DNA of 64,000 bases from Chrysomallon squamiferum. Its lineage: Eukaryota; Animalia; Mollusca. The position numbers and the translations under genes are program-made. The notes beneath the pieces were generated by a model, which made no database searches, was not told the origin of the DNA, and was given only the letters and a program-made list of their open reading frames with translations. Positions 50,590-64,000 of the stretch are shown here, piece after piece (the first letter of the stretch is position 1; every line of letters begins with the position of its first letter). Location: NCBI GenBank assembly GCA_012295275.1, contig CM022675.1, forward strand, positions 16,926,001 to 16,990,000, read 5' to 3'.

Positions 50590-51646
50590 AAAACGTAATA
50601 TTTTATTATTATTATTATTATTATGCACTTTTGCAGTTAAGAAACAAATTGGTAAATTCGACCTGTGATCAGTTCCTGCTTTGCTATATTTAGGACTGTA
50701 GATATACAACGAGACTTTTAATGATTAATAAAAATATGACAATACATAAGCCTAGATTATAGATTTTTAACAGTCAAGGCTATCTTCTTTCATTATGCTT
50801 ATTTTGTACAATATAAATTCACACTTTATTTTTTTTTATTTTTGTTACTTCTTTAATATTTCCATGCTATTCTATTCGATCCAATATGCAATTTAATTTA
50901 TATTCTACATTACTGAATCGCACTTAATTCTTGACAGATTTTTGTTTATATTGGTTATGTTAAGCCCTCCGTACATTGTTTTTAATTAACTGACTGAACA
51001 TGCAGTCATTTTTGGAAAGTTCATTTCATATAATAATAAAAAAAATTAAGAAAAAGACTTAAAACATCAACGTCATCTGAATTATATGACGTAATTACTT
51101 TCATTCAAAATTGTAAGCAGACGTGTAGATTTTACTGTGAAAGTAAGATTTTAATTACAACTAATTACAACTATTATTTAAAAGTCATAAAGTAAATGAT
51201 TTTTTTATTTAATAGAAGACTTTTTTTCTTATTTTCTGTAATTTTTACTTATAACTTTTTAATTCGAAGAATAAACAAAATAACCGATCAGTAAGGAGAG
51301 GAAAGAAGCCATTTACGGTGATTTAGTTTAACTGGAAGAATAAATTATATATTTGGTTCATATAAACTTGTACTTCGCGATATCTGGCATAAAGTGTATC
51401 TATCCCCAATTAAATATTAATTAGTTATATAACTATATAATTTAAAACATTTCTTCTTTTACATCACTATGTTTTCTGCCATATATATATACTTTTTTTT
51501 TTCTTTTTTTTTTCAAAGTATATTTTATATGTTCTATATGGTCAAAAGTAAAACGCCATTTATAATTATTACTGAAATCATTGTCAGTTTATTATTATTA
51601 TTTAGATCATTATTTATACTGAAGTGAAGCAGCTGACATTGTTAAG

Positions 51647-51771
51647 ATGAGGTGGTTGGTCATCTTCTGTCTGGTATCCCAAATATTTCATCAAGGTAAT
51701 CAAAATGCACGCATTTCTCTTTGTTGCCATCATTATCTAAAACCAGAATTTTGATATCACACTCTGTAATG

Positions 51772-51806
<35 letters not shown>

Positions 51807-54800
51807 TACACTCTAATACATATAAATTACATATAAATATTGTGTGTAAGTAAAAACAATTTGTGTTCATTTGTATCCCCGTCCAAATGCATTAATCAAT
51901 TCTCACAAAAATTGATTTTTAAAAAGAATGTTTTCCAGGCTTCAACACTTTTTGAGTCTTGCTAGCTAATCAACAGAATGGCCAGGGGTCACCAGTATTG
52001 GGCTCCACTTTGGGAATCAGTTGGTTATAATATGTTTCTGGGCCTCTTTAAAATTGTTCATTCACTGAAGTCAACTGAATTTTCATTTTTATTAATTCTT
52101 ACTGTTTCTTGTACACAACATTGTTTGTTTTGCTGCATGTCTGTTGTAGTTTGACAAAGATCAGTGAATTCAATATTAAATGACAATATCACATGACATA
52201 TTAATGCATGAAATAATGTCAGCAATGAGAATGTTCACAATGATTCAGTTATGTCATCAAGTTCTTTTTATAATTAATTTCATCCGATGTAGACAAATGC
52301 AGATTAATGTCATGCACTGATTCAATTAAGTACTGCTGTAAACATTGCCACACATCATTTAATTCATGAATCTTTTTTACTGGAAAATTAGTGATACATT
52401 GGTCAGGAGATTTCCAGAGCTGCAGATATCCATACAAATTCAAGCCACTGTATAATAAACACTTTAAAAAAAAACATGCACATCTATCATTTATTTATTA
52501 ATGTATTATTGTTATTATTATTATTATTACTTTTATATATATAAAACAATATTAAAACTATAGAAATCTGTTAGTTTTTTCACAAGATCCAACAACTGCA
52601 GGAGCAGAAACAGACACTGACACAGACACTGACACAGACACTGACACTGACACTGACACAGACAATGGCACAGACTCAGGAGGGGTTGTTACCACTGGAT
52701 CTCCTACTGGTCCAGAAGATACTGGCAGCAGCTCTGTGGCAAAAACAACATGTGATAAAGGATTTTATTCAGCTCATGGCATGTGTTACAGTAAGCATTT
52801 AATTTCTTAAATAACTGTGAGTGGTTAAAACAAATTTATGCATGTCAGAGCAGAGACTGACTATAAGATGCTAGACACATTTTATACAGATAAAAGTACA
52901 CTCTTTTATTTATATCTGATTATCACAGCTGTAAGACAGATTAATATAGTTAAACAATAAGTCAGAGCCCCTTAAAATTAAACTATAAAGAAGATTAGAG
53001 ATGTATAAGTTGGTTTAGATTATCACAGTTAACTTGTAGAGAAAAATTTACATGTATTAGGAGATGTTGAATCAACAAAATTAAACTGTTGAATATATTT
53101 TGTTGTTTGTATGTAGACAAATTTTGAATGTCCCTGCCACATTAACAGATTAAACAGGATTTGTATCATGTAGGATGGTTTCACCAACCAACCAACCTCC
53201 CCAAGAAATTGAAAAAAAATTAAAATAAATATATAAAAAGAAAAAAGAAAAGCAATAATAACAAAAACAAAATGAAACAAAAAACACACCAACAAAAAAA
53301 CAACATGAAACTGAATTTATAATGTCCCAGCAAATGAGTTAAATTATATTCTTAGATGAAGCTGACTGTCTTAAAAATATGAAAGCTCCTGGTTACTGTG
53401 GAAGTGATCCTGGCTGCAGTGGAAAAAGTAAACTGGGAACCAATTGTTTATGTTGTACAGGTTATGCAATAGGATCATCTGGATGTGAAGATGATGGTAA
53501 AATGTTTAATGTTGATAAGTTGTATCATTTCATTTTAGCCTTGTATTCATAATTTTTCTCTTAAAATCAATACTGTTTTCTGATCAAGTTACTTTTAAAA
53601 AATTTCTGCATGATATACACAATAGTAATATGATCATTTATCTAAGGATCTGAAACTTACAATACTTATTACATAATTACAAGATAAAAAAAATATATAT
53701 TTTTTTTTTAAATTGTCATTCATAATATTTTTACAGATTAAAGATTTTAAAATTTATATAATACTTTTTAATTTAAATTTTTGTTTTTATTAATAGAGAA
53801 ACAGCATTATTCAAATTACTTATTAATATATTATTTGTAATAAAAAGATATTTGAATTGTTTTCTGTTTCAATATTTATTCTCTAATTTATAAAATCTGA
53901 CAGGAACTGGAATGAATGCTCCTGGATCTGATGGTAAACAACACTGTTGTCCTTTTTTTCCTCAAAATTTACCACCGGACAGGGTATATAAATACATAGT
54001 TTGATTTTAATTAGTTGTATATCAAATAAAATGCTAGTTTCTTTAGTGTGCTTAGATGTGAAACATTCCTTGCTGCTAATCTGTAATAATAGATAATGGA
54101 GTAGAATATATGGATTTCCAATTATATTATTATGAAAAATGTCAGTAATACTTTTCAATTTAAACCAGTTTAAAATTTAAGATAATCTCTGACATTCTCA
54201 GAACACAGGCTGTATTGTTATTTACAGTTCGTTTGATGATATTCTTATATCATACAGATAAAATGGATTACTAGTCTACTTCTTTTTGCAAGTTTCTTAA
54301 AAGGTGTTGTCTGAATGGAATGCTGTTTGATATGTTTTCAAATTATTTTAAATATGCAGGCATTTTTACTTTTACATCAGGTTTGTTATAAAAAAAATAT
54401 ATTTTTACAGAAAATCTGTGACCAGAGTGGTATACCATTCCAGTCACTAAGAGATTTATTCATGCAAAGATGTAAGACTGGCTATGAAGGAGGTCCATTA
54501 GAACTTCTTGGTGACAACTGTACAGGTTATTAGTTAATTCATGTTATTGTAACAGGGTTTTTTTGACAGTATTATGTAATTTTTGTACTGTAACTGCATT
54601 TATATAGCATTTTTCTTTTTCTTATCATTTTATAGACAGTGTATATATTTTTTGCATTGAAAATTGTACTGTTGTTGTTTTGGTTATGCATATATAGAAG
54701 GCTGGAACAAAAGTTCAATGAAATTCAAAGAGAGTTTTTAGATATGTTTACATAGATTTATTCAGCCACATATATTTTGTGCTATTTGTTCAGTTTTCAG

Positions 54801-54809
54801 GATATATAT

Positions 54810-54845
<36 letters not shown>

Positions 54846-57800
54846 CATATACTTAAGTCATATTTGAAATGAAACTATATGCTCCAGCTCCAATTCCACC
54901 TATATATATGTAAAAAAGCTATATTCATATGTTTTTTGTGAACATAAAACATTTGTATTATTTCCCTTTTATTGTAGACGCATGTAAAGATGTGGTGTGT
55001 ACTAAGCCAAACACTGAGTGTGTGGGAGGATTTTGCATATGTTTAAAAGGATATGTGGAGAAGGAAGCTGGTTGTTACAGTAAATATTTGTATTTGTCTT
55101 TAAAATAAAGAATTCATTTTCTGGCAGTTCATTGAAGTAGTAATAGATTAGATCTGTGTTATTTGTCAAGTCAGCAAATACTCTAAGTCAAAACTTGTTT
55201 TCCTGCTTATAGAAAGGTTCTTACATAATATCCGTCACTGCTAACTACTATTATCTACTGTATTACATTCATTAACACAAAAAGAACTAATAATAATTAC
55301 TGACATGAAAATGTGGATGACTGGTTAACCCACTTTGAATTCATTCACTTACATTTATTATCTATTCAGAATTGCATACATTCAGTTTAAATTAAGTTTT
55401 TTATAAAGATAAAAAAGTATGAATGATTGTGAGATGATAACAGAGAGAATCAGTTACAAGATTTTTTGATGTTATAAAAGAAGAAATAACTAGTTAGCAG
55501 AGCATCAGTTTTTTTAGTATTTGATTAAAATGTGCAAGTTAGTGACTCATTAATACAGTTAAACTGCAAGTAATTTTTTACATGTAAAAGTTAATAACAC
55601 ATTAACATAATAAAACTATAAATAAAATGTTACATTTATAAGACACTGTCATATCTACAATTAAACTATAAAGAAAATTTACATATATAAGTTCATTTAA
55701 ACTAGTAAAACTTTTACATTATAAGTTAGTGTCACATTAACAGTTCAATTCTTGAGAAAGTTTTCTGATACATGTCTCCTGGTTCCTGCTTTTAGTGTTC
55801 AGCTGCAGTCTTCTCTTTGTATTTCAGGTGCTCAGAACTGTATGCTAAACATGAATCCTCCAGGATACTGTGGCACTGATCCAAACTGTGAGGAAGAATC
55901 ACGTGACAACTTTTGCTTGTGCTGTGCAGGATATCAGTTAAACAAAAATGAAGGAATCTGTGTGCCAGATGGTGAGAAATGAACACATACAAGATGTAAA
56001 TTCATATAGTCAATGCATACAAAGTTAAAACTAACGAGGACATTTTTGTTCCACATAAGAACATTTAGATCGAATATCTTTTTTTTCTTTTTTAATAATT
56101 AATAATTTCATATTAATTTGTGATATTTATTTTATACATTTCAGGTACTGGTGACAATCTAATAGGTAAGGAAAAGGTTTCTCACAAGACATACAGAAAA
56201 TTGTTGGTGACAGTAATAATTTGCTGGTTTCTTACTGTATTTTAACATAAATAATTACAAAAGAAAAGACTTCCGACTATAAACCTGTGACACAGATCTA
56301 TGATACTCAGAGGATAGTGAATGGACAACAGCTGTAAAGTACTGCAGTTGTTTAGAAATATAAATATTTTTTCTCTCTCATAGAGGGTTTGACATTAAAT
56401 AAATCATTTTTGAAAAAGATTTCTCAACTTAGGAAGAATCTTTTATATAAGATTGATTTCAATTCTGAATTATAAAATAAAATATAGCAATTTCTGTAAC
56501 ACGTTCTTAAGTGAATGCTGTTGTGAGAGGACTATTTTTTAGTGCAGGTTTCTTTTTTGTTTTCTTTTTTACCTTTTTTTTTTTTTTTTTTTCCTTTTTT
56601 CAGGAAATCAATCACTCTGCTGTCATTTCTTTGAAGATACAGTTTACCCAATAAAAGCTGTAAATATTTCCAAAAAATAAACCATTACACTTAATGTATA
56701 TAAGTTCATACATAAATCATTGCAGTGTACATAGTATACATAAATCATTTTAATATAGAGTATAAACATAAAATATTACAAATTACAGAGTATATATATA
56801 TATAATCATTACAATGTACAGAGTATATACATAAATCATTACAATGAGTATATGGATAACTGTAGATATTTAAAATGATCATTAATGTAATATACTTCAA
56901 GCTAAAATTAATTTTCTATTATTATAGGATGTATGTGGAAAAGATTTCCAGACTTACAAGTCAGTGAAGGAGTTATATGTCAGGTTCTGCAAGTATGGCT
57001 ACCAAGGTCCTGCAAATAACCTAATTGTCCATTCAGGAGCATGTACTGGTAAAATATCATAGTATTACAACATTCACATTGCATGCTTTCAAATTAAGCC
57101 AGTGACCAGCATTATCTCTGTCTACTGGCATCAAAGTAAAGGGAAAATGATGAAAACACTGAGTTTTCTTTTTTTCTTCCAAATAGAATTACATTACTAA
57201 TAACAAAATTTCACAAGCTTTTAAATTATACAAATCACTCTGGGAAAGGGTCACATTAAATATAAAGCTTTTTCATTCAAAAACAGTTGTCCAAAAACTG
57301 CTTTTGTTGCCTGCACTTACAGCAGTTGCATTCACGTACATTGTGCCATCAGCTCCACATCCATATAATAGTATTTACATGAGAGTAAAAAAATATGGTA
57401 TCTGCTAATTTAACCTAATCCTCTGATATTCAAATATGAAAGCTTTGACATTGTATAAATGAAAATTAAATAAAAGTATTTAGTTACATACATTAAAAGA
57501 TTCACTACAAACATTGATAATGAAACAAGAAATCAGTTAGTCAAAATGTCAAAAACATTGTTGATATTGTTATGTGAACAATAATAACACAATTTTATCA
57601 GTGTTTATTGTACATTCATTTTTTGTATTTTTTTTCATTTTTGGAACATAAAACAGCAAAATATGAATAAACTTTGTTTAGTTTAATACTTTGGATAATT
57701 TCTCTCATGGTGAAAAAGATATGGGTTTGATGTTTTTATCAGTGTCCAGATGTAGAGAGTATTAGTGTAGACACATGGTTTATTAAAAAAAATATATATA

Positions 57801-59605
57801 TTTAATTTACAGTTGTGTAAACTCTCATCTAGCTGGAAAGAATTATATGTAAGTTTTGAAAGACATTTGTGATTTTTATTGTTTTAACTTTTTATTTTTT
57901 ATTTTTTCAGCTGATGAAAAAATTACTAAAACAAACCCACAGTGTAAGTACACACACATGCATGCATACATTCATAGATAGACAGACAGATATACATAAA
58001 CGTGTATGTTCATTTACACAGCCTCACTGAAACTGATGATAATAAATACAAAAAGTCATTTCTGCATCAGCAAAATTTTAAGGTATATGTTCTTAATACA
58101 AAATCATTAAGTGATTTGTTAATGAAAGAAAAATGTTATAATTTGAGTCACATCAGAACAGAGCAATATAAATACCAGAACTACTGTTACTTCTGTGTCT
58201 TTGAGTGTCAGCGATGAACACTAACAGGTTTTCTGATTTTTTTCTTTAAGTTCATCTGTGAATCTTTCTGGCTCTTTTGAACAACCGTATCTCACAGCAG
58301 AGGCAGCTGTTGCTGCCACAATACTATGAATTGTGTTAAGTACTAGACATTGTGGTTTGGGAGTTGTTCCAAAAAAAATGATGCTTCAGTTCTGTTGTGC
58401 TTTTGCTCATGCAGATTCGCCTGATCTAATCCAGTCATAATGCAAAGCAATCACTTGCATTCTTAACCTTTCTATCCCAAACTAGCCTCTCCTTCTTCAC
58501 AAGCACCTTGTAGCTCCATGGTGATCTTTCTTTGTGCAGTGATGAAATCCCTATCTTTTGACTTCAAAAGGTGCAATACATCACCATTATTTGATTTAAA
58601 TGCATCCTCCTTTCCTGCTGTCATTCTTCCTTAATAACTGCCATTCTGCAAACATTCTGCTGGCTTTGCTATGGCAATAAACTTCAGTTATATTATCCAA
58701 GTCACTGAAAAAAAAAAATAATAATAATAACATTTCATATTTATGCATTTCTCTTCCTGGAAAATGACAATGAAAAACTGTAGTGGCAATGATGATTTCT
58801 TAATCTTGTGTCAAAGAAGTAAGTCGATCAAATCAACAACGTACATAATACAAATACAGCAGGTGCTGAACCAGATAATTACAGTTTCATTGTTTGACAT
58901 AGTAAAATAAAAAGATTTAGTTTTTGTTTCTAGATTATTATATTTAAATGACAAATATGTGAATATATATTTTTTTCGTTTACAGCAAATAGTCCTGCTT
59001 CCAGAAACATTGCTGCTCTTGGCTTCTTCCTTTGTGCTGCAGTGTAAGACAAACCCACTCTGACACATAAACCCGTCTGATCTCCACCTATCTCTCTGTC
59101 TACCCTCTGTTAATGTGTTTAATCATCCATTCATTTGTATGTTTGTTAATGTCTTTATGATAAACACACATATTTATGGAACAAAATACATTTTTGCATT
59201 CTAAAGAGAATTATTTATTCAGACATACTTTGTAATATATGTCTGGTTGGGGGATCTTTATCACTGTATAACCTGGTATAAGTCATTATTATTTTGGGTG
59301 CATTGTCATTGTTTTGGGGTGCTTTCTCAACATCGTTTTATCCACCTTTGTCTGTTTCCATCTGCCAGTGTCTTTTTAATCATTTATATGTATTACAAAA
59401 CCAACTTTCCTTCTTGCTTGTGCATTTATGACATAATCTATTGCTTAGAAGTAAATGAATTTTGCCATTGATTTAGACCCTTTTTTGTTCATCATCATCC
59501 TTGATTTAAATTTATTAAATCCAATCCAAATAAACTTAAAAGTCTGTTAATAATTAATACATTGCCTTTTGTTTGTTTGTTTCTTTCTTTCTTTCTTTCT
59601 TTCTT

Positions 59606-59637
<32 letters not shown>

Positions 59638-59727
59638 TATCCAATAGAAATCCTCCCAAGTTTACTCTATTCATTACATTTCTTCTTTTTTTTCTTTTTC
59701 AGGCTTTCTAAGATTGCAGTGCATTAA
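51647..59727 (+). CDS. Gene D: secreted, probably GPI-anchored Cys-rich protein (signal peptide, (TD)9 acidic tract, two [7-Cys EGF-like + atypical Kazal-like] modules separated by an EGF/EB-like domain), ~386 aa
   Basis: Phase-consistent exons: 51647-51695 (MRWLVIFCLVSQIFHQ), 52575-52790, 53356-53496, 53904-53983, 54411-54525, 54978-55079, 55828-55971, 56145-56165, 56604-56659, 56928-57048, 57911-57943, 58986-59043, 59703-59727; total 1161 nt. Internal repeat CLKNMKAPGYCGSDPGC..CLCCTGY versus CMLNMNPPGYCGTDPNC..CLCCAGY. Kazal-like VCGKDFQTYKSVKEL..C..LIVHSGAC. C-terminus SNSPASRNIAALGFFLCAAVLSKIAVH* resembles a GPI signal. The last three exons are less certain. Confidence 0.8.
58230..58700 (-). 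mobile_element. Possible decayed transposase-derived fragment in gene D intron 11
   Basis: Higher-complexity, GC-richer patch with broken minus-strand frames (NNGDVLHLLKSKDRDFITAQRK). It has no usable splice sites and I found no TIRs. Confidence 0.25.
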
Positions 59728-62700
59728 ATTCATTGCTTCTGAGCAGCAGTATGGTGGTATTGAAATGTTTACTTTATTCAAGTTTAATTCAGGTTCACTA
59801 TCCTTTGTTCACTATAGGTAAATTAAATTTTATTGTTTGGTTTAAACACATGATATAAATACTTGTTTATTATATCAGGTGTGAATATGTTAAATTTATG
59901 AATACATTTTGTATTAAGTTTATTGTACACAAATGTTAAAATTAGTATGAAATATGAATACTTATTAGATTCATTCCTCCAGGTAGCTAATCACATTGCA
60001 AAATCTGGCGTACTTCCATCCATAGACATTTTGATTAACAGATGCTTATTTGTTTTGTGTAAAACTAATCCAGAGTAAATTTTCTGCATGTAAGTCTATC
60101 ATCTGTACCTTCTTATTATAACAAAACAATTTTAACTTGGAGAAAGCACTAAATAGTCATGTTTAGCCATTTCTATGTTATACAGAACTTCAAACATTCA
60201 TGATCCTAGTTAAATAAAATATTTCTGAGTATAGTGTCTTGCTAAATAAACACTGTTCTTTCTAAAATTCATTTTATCTTTCTTAATGTCACCACATAGG
60301 ATATGTAAATTTTATTATTTATTATTCTTCAAGACAGAGGTCAGGGCAGGGACTTCCAGAGTAGGATTAGCTTCAAAGAAAAATGTAAAACATATAACTA
60401 CAGGAACAGTGATAAGTTAGGTTGTCAATGACACAGTTTAAGGATCATTCAATTTTCAGAATTTTGTATTTCAAAATTTACAAAAGATAGTTGACCTAAA
60501 GTTTAAGATAAATAAAGAAAGAAAGATTTTGTTTGTGCTGAGTGTTTTTGTGTGTGTGCATCAGGAATGTGTCCATTTTATAAATGTTATAGATCTCCAC
60601 ACTATATTTATGTGTAAATTGTGAAAGTGTATTGCATGAGTGTATGTGTGTATATATATATATATATATATTTATTTATTTATGTAGCAAGTGTTCATCT
60701 GAAAATCCAACTGACTGTTCAGTAGTTTGTTTAAAGAAATTTTTAAATATTTGATGAATGATAGTTTAATGAATTAGTTCATTACTTTTATTATTATTAT
60801 TATTATAATCATTAAATATTTTTATACATTATTATTTTTATTATTATTAATCCAGTTATTTTATGTGTATATTAAGCCAAAGTCCAGAAAACTGGAAAAA
60901 TCAGAATTAGGGGTCACTTCCAGTCCCAAGTTTGCCAAATATATGATCTAGTACCTCTATTACAATCATTGTTAGTATTGATATTAATTTAAAAACAAAT
61001 ACAAATGATAACCCTATTCCAATATTTAGATAACCAAACTTTTTTCTTTTTTTTATGGTAACAAATTTCATTCTTTTTTTCTTCTCTTTATTTTTTATTT
61101 TTGATAAAGGAAGTGTAGAACATTGAACACTGGATATAGAGAGGGGTGTTGTGAGAGGATTACCGTGCTGTTACAATTACTTTTTTCTTTTTTTTTAAAG
61201 TGCCTGGATTATAATTTTCTGTCAGTCTGCATTAAAAAAGAGAGAAAGAGAGGGAAAAAAAGAAAAGTATCTATATTAATAATTACACTCAAATCACCTT
61301 ATGAGGTCAGCAGTTTTTTAACCATGCACTTTTCAATGATTGTTAAAAAAAAAAAAAGCCTCACTTTTACTTTTGTGTAAAAAAATAAAACATCCAAAAT
61401 ACCATTCTTTTTCTTTTCTTTTGAGTTTCAAATGTTGTTTCTAGTTAATTGTAAGATACTATTGATGTTAATGCCAATAAAATGTTGAATTGAAACTTGT
61501 TTTTATCATATTTGTTATAATCTGTTAAGTAATAATAAAGTTATCAAAGATACTTTTGATGGATTTGTACGTGTCTGGTCACATGATCAGTCCTTGTGAG
61601 TTTGATACGGATCCACTCTGTTTAGTGCCCCACAACTGATTTATTAAAGCATATTTAGGATGTTAACTATTAAACAGCTTAAGTGAGATTCCTAAATTAA
61701 AAAACGGGGCATTAACAGTAATAGATTTTAATGACAGTCTTTTTCAGAATTGGCTATATTTGATAACTGGTCCTAATAATAATAATGTTAATATGATTTC
61801 TGTGAGATCTGGAACAAATGTACAAGGAAGACTGATTTTTGCCTATTCCTTTGATTGGTTAATTGACCTTTTGTGTAACAGAATTCCCTCCCTTCCAGTC
61901 ACTAAAATATTCTTTGGATACTAAGAATTTGATTTGCCTATTTCCTTGCTTCCTGGACTAATCATTTCTATGTGTAATTTGTAAAATGTGTGTTTTTCAC
62001 AAATCCAATCTTCAAACTGCTCAAGCTTAAAGCAGTGATACAATGTGAAAATAATATCAATTATAAAATAATCCTAGGATGTTATCCAAACTAAATCCAT
62101 CATCAAAATGTCTGACTACTTAGTGTACTATATTAGTTTTTTTAAACCAGTGGTAATTAAAACATTAATACATTCATATACCGAAATACTGAAATAGGTA
62201 CTGTCACCTTGGGAAAAAAATATTTGTTCTTTCCTGTGAAAACTCATACACACAAAATTGTTTTTATCTTGATTCAAAGAAAAGGTATGGCTGATGACGT
62301 TCTCCAGTTCTTCAGTAAAAACCAGTTTTTTCCCTGGATTCACCATATATTCACTCAGATCAGATTACGTGCTCTTAAGCCCATAAATGTGATGCATTTT
62401 CTCTCAGTATTTTAAACTATAGTAAAATGCATATTTGTAATCAGAATTGTATAATTCAAACAGAATTTTGTTTAGAATGACAAGAGATGTTACAAGACAT
62501 ATTGCAAACCACAAACATGGTAGGCTAGGTTGACTGGTTTGGGGAGTAAATAACCGAGCTCACCTGCATGGCAAGATATGGTTCGGTTCATCAGCCTATT
62601 CTAACGGTGCAGACTGCTTATAAAGCTAATTATATTTCAGTTTGTATTTCTCAAGAGAATTATCATGCAATTTCCATTTGTTGTTAACATATACTACTTT

Positions 62701-62991
62701 ATCAGGTCCTCATCAAAATGTTTTTTCAATTCGTTTCCTATAGTTTTAATTATTTTTTATTTTTTTTATCATAAGAAAAGTCTTTATGAAAACAGATATA
62801 ATTATTCACTAGAATAAATGTAGATTAAAAACAATTTAATGTTAAAGTCAAATACAATCTGGTCTCAAAATCAGCAACACGGCAATCACAAATTATCTCC
62901 CTTAAAATCATTAACACCTTCTATACAAAAAATACGATTTATTTTCTAACATCTGGAGCTCATTTTTTTATTATTAATGTCCCATATATCG

Positions 62992-63030
<39 letters not shown>

Positions 63031-63961
63031 TTCAAGGTACGTCTCATAATAAACGTTCATAGTTCGTAGTTTCCTCTACAACCATTGCAACCACTTTCGT
63101 CTTTCATGAGCTCAGCGATTATCATCCTTATGTCAGAGTTTTCCTCCATTTAAGAAAGCAAACAACCTTTTGACTGGAAATTCAAGCTCTTTGAGATGAG
63201 CTTATTTTTAGCCTTCTTATGCGAATTTGGAAACGACCAGACGGCAGAAACGACAGCATGTTTGTGTGTAAAATTGCATTATTCTTTCAGAAATAAAATT
63301 AAATTACATTAAATTAAATTTAAACTAATAATAATAATAACAATAATAATAAATAAATAAATATGTATATCTATATCTATATCTATCTATCTATCTATCT
63401 ATATAAATAGATAGATAGATAGATAGACAGATATATAATAAAAATAAAATATTTCATCAATACAAAAATATGCAGTGCATTGGAAAGAAGAAATGCTATT
63501 TATTGTTTTACACATTACATGCTCCTTTGAACAATGATGTATCTGTTTCGAGCTCAGGAAAGATAATTTTCAACAGATTCCGCCTTTGAGGGCAGCAGCG
63601 CAGTGGGAGCGCCAGTACCAAGATGAACGCCTCTGTTGAAAGTATATGCTGTGTACGTAAATGCACTGAAAAGGTATATTCATTATCCTTGAAATAGGAC
63701 ATATACCAAACTCACTGAAATAGTTATCTATTTATTCAGTGTATACTTTCACTAATGCATTCATATTTTGAAATAGTTCATATTTATATGTATTGTGTAC
63801 ATATTCATTATAACAGTGAATTCATTCAGCAGCGTATTTTTTTTCACTGAATTAATATACTGATTTATTAAGTATGCATCTGTTCATTCAAACAAGTTAT
63901 TCATTAAAAGTGTTTGGTTTTTTTAAAAATTGAAAACTTGTATGCAGAAATGGTGTATTCT

Positions 63962-64000
<39 letters not shown>

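Noticed and set aside
61560-63720. Coding-like patches (62128-62346, 63030-63290, 63508-63702)
   Set aside because: I could not build a phase-consistent model or recognise a family. They may be decayed repeats or part of a gene extending beyond the window; BLASTX would decide.

Overview
AT-rich, microsatellite-laden eukaryotic DNA with GT-AG spliceosomal introns, from an invertebrate (probably a mollusc; this is inference from composition and gene families). The long low-complexity ORFs in the ORF track are microsatellite artefacts. I assembled exons by hand and checked splice phase at every junction. The window holds: (1) a disabled, largely intronless prolyl 4-hydroxylase alpha copy (minus, 2372-3631); (2) two divergently oriented 15-exon NRF-6/OACYL-like paralogs (NRF domain plus acyltransferase-3), gene A minus 4772-14874 (~878 aa) and gene B plus 36981-48343 (~907 aa); (3) between them, a 10-exon type I receptor (~811 aa) with a WSC-like domain nested inside a C-type lectin domain, a second CTLD and a long Tyr-motif tail; (4) a 13-exon secreted, probably GPI-anchored EGF-like/atypical-Kazal protein (~386 aa); (5) two TA-flanked Tc1/mariner-pogo-type elements. 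Most interesting: both NRF-6 paralogs replace the acyltransferase-3 R-X10-H histidine with Asn, and both carry a 200-250 aa cytoplasmic insert that keeps a 7-residue-periodic RxxS array and an LxxIxE (PP2A-B56-type) motif. This suggests a phospho-regulated, catalytically altered subfamily. Gene A also has a 3x68 bp triplication of an intron-exon boundary in which only the innermost acceptor keeps the reading frame.
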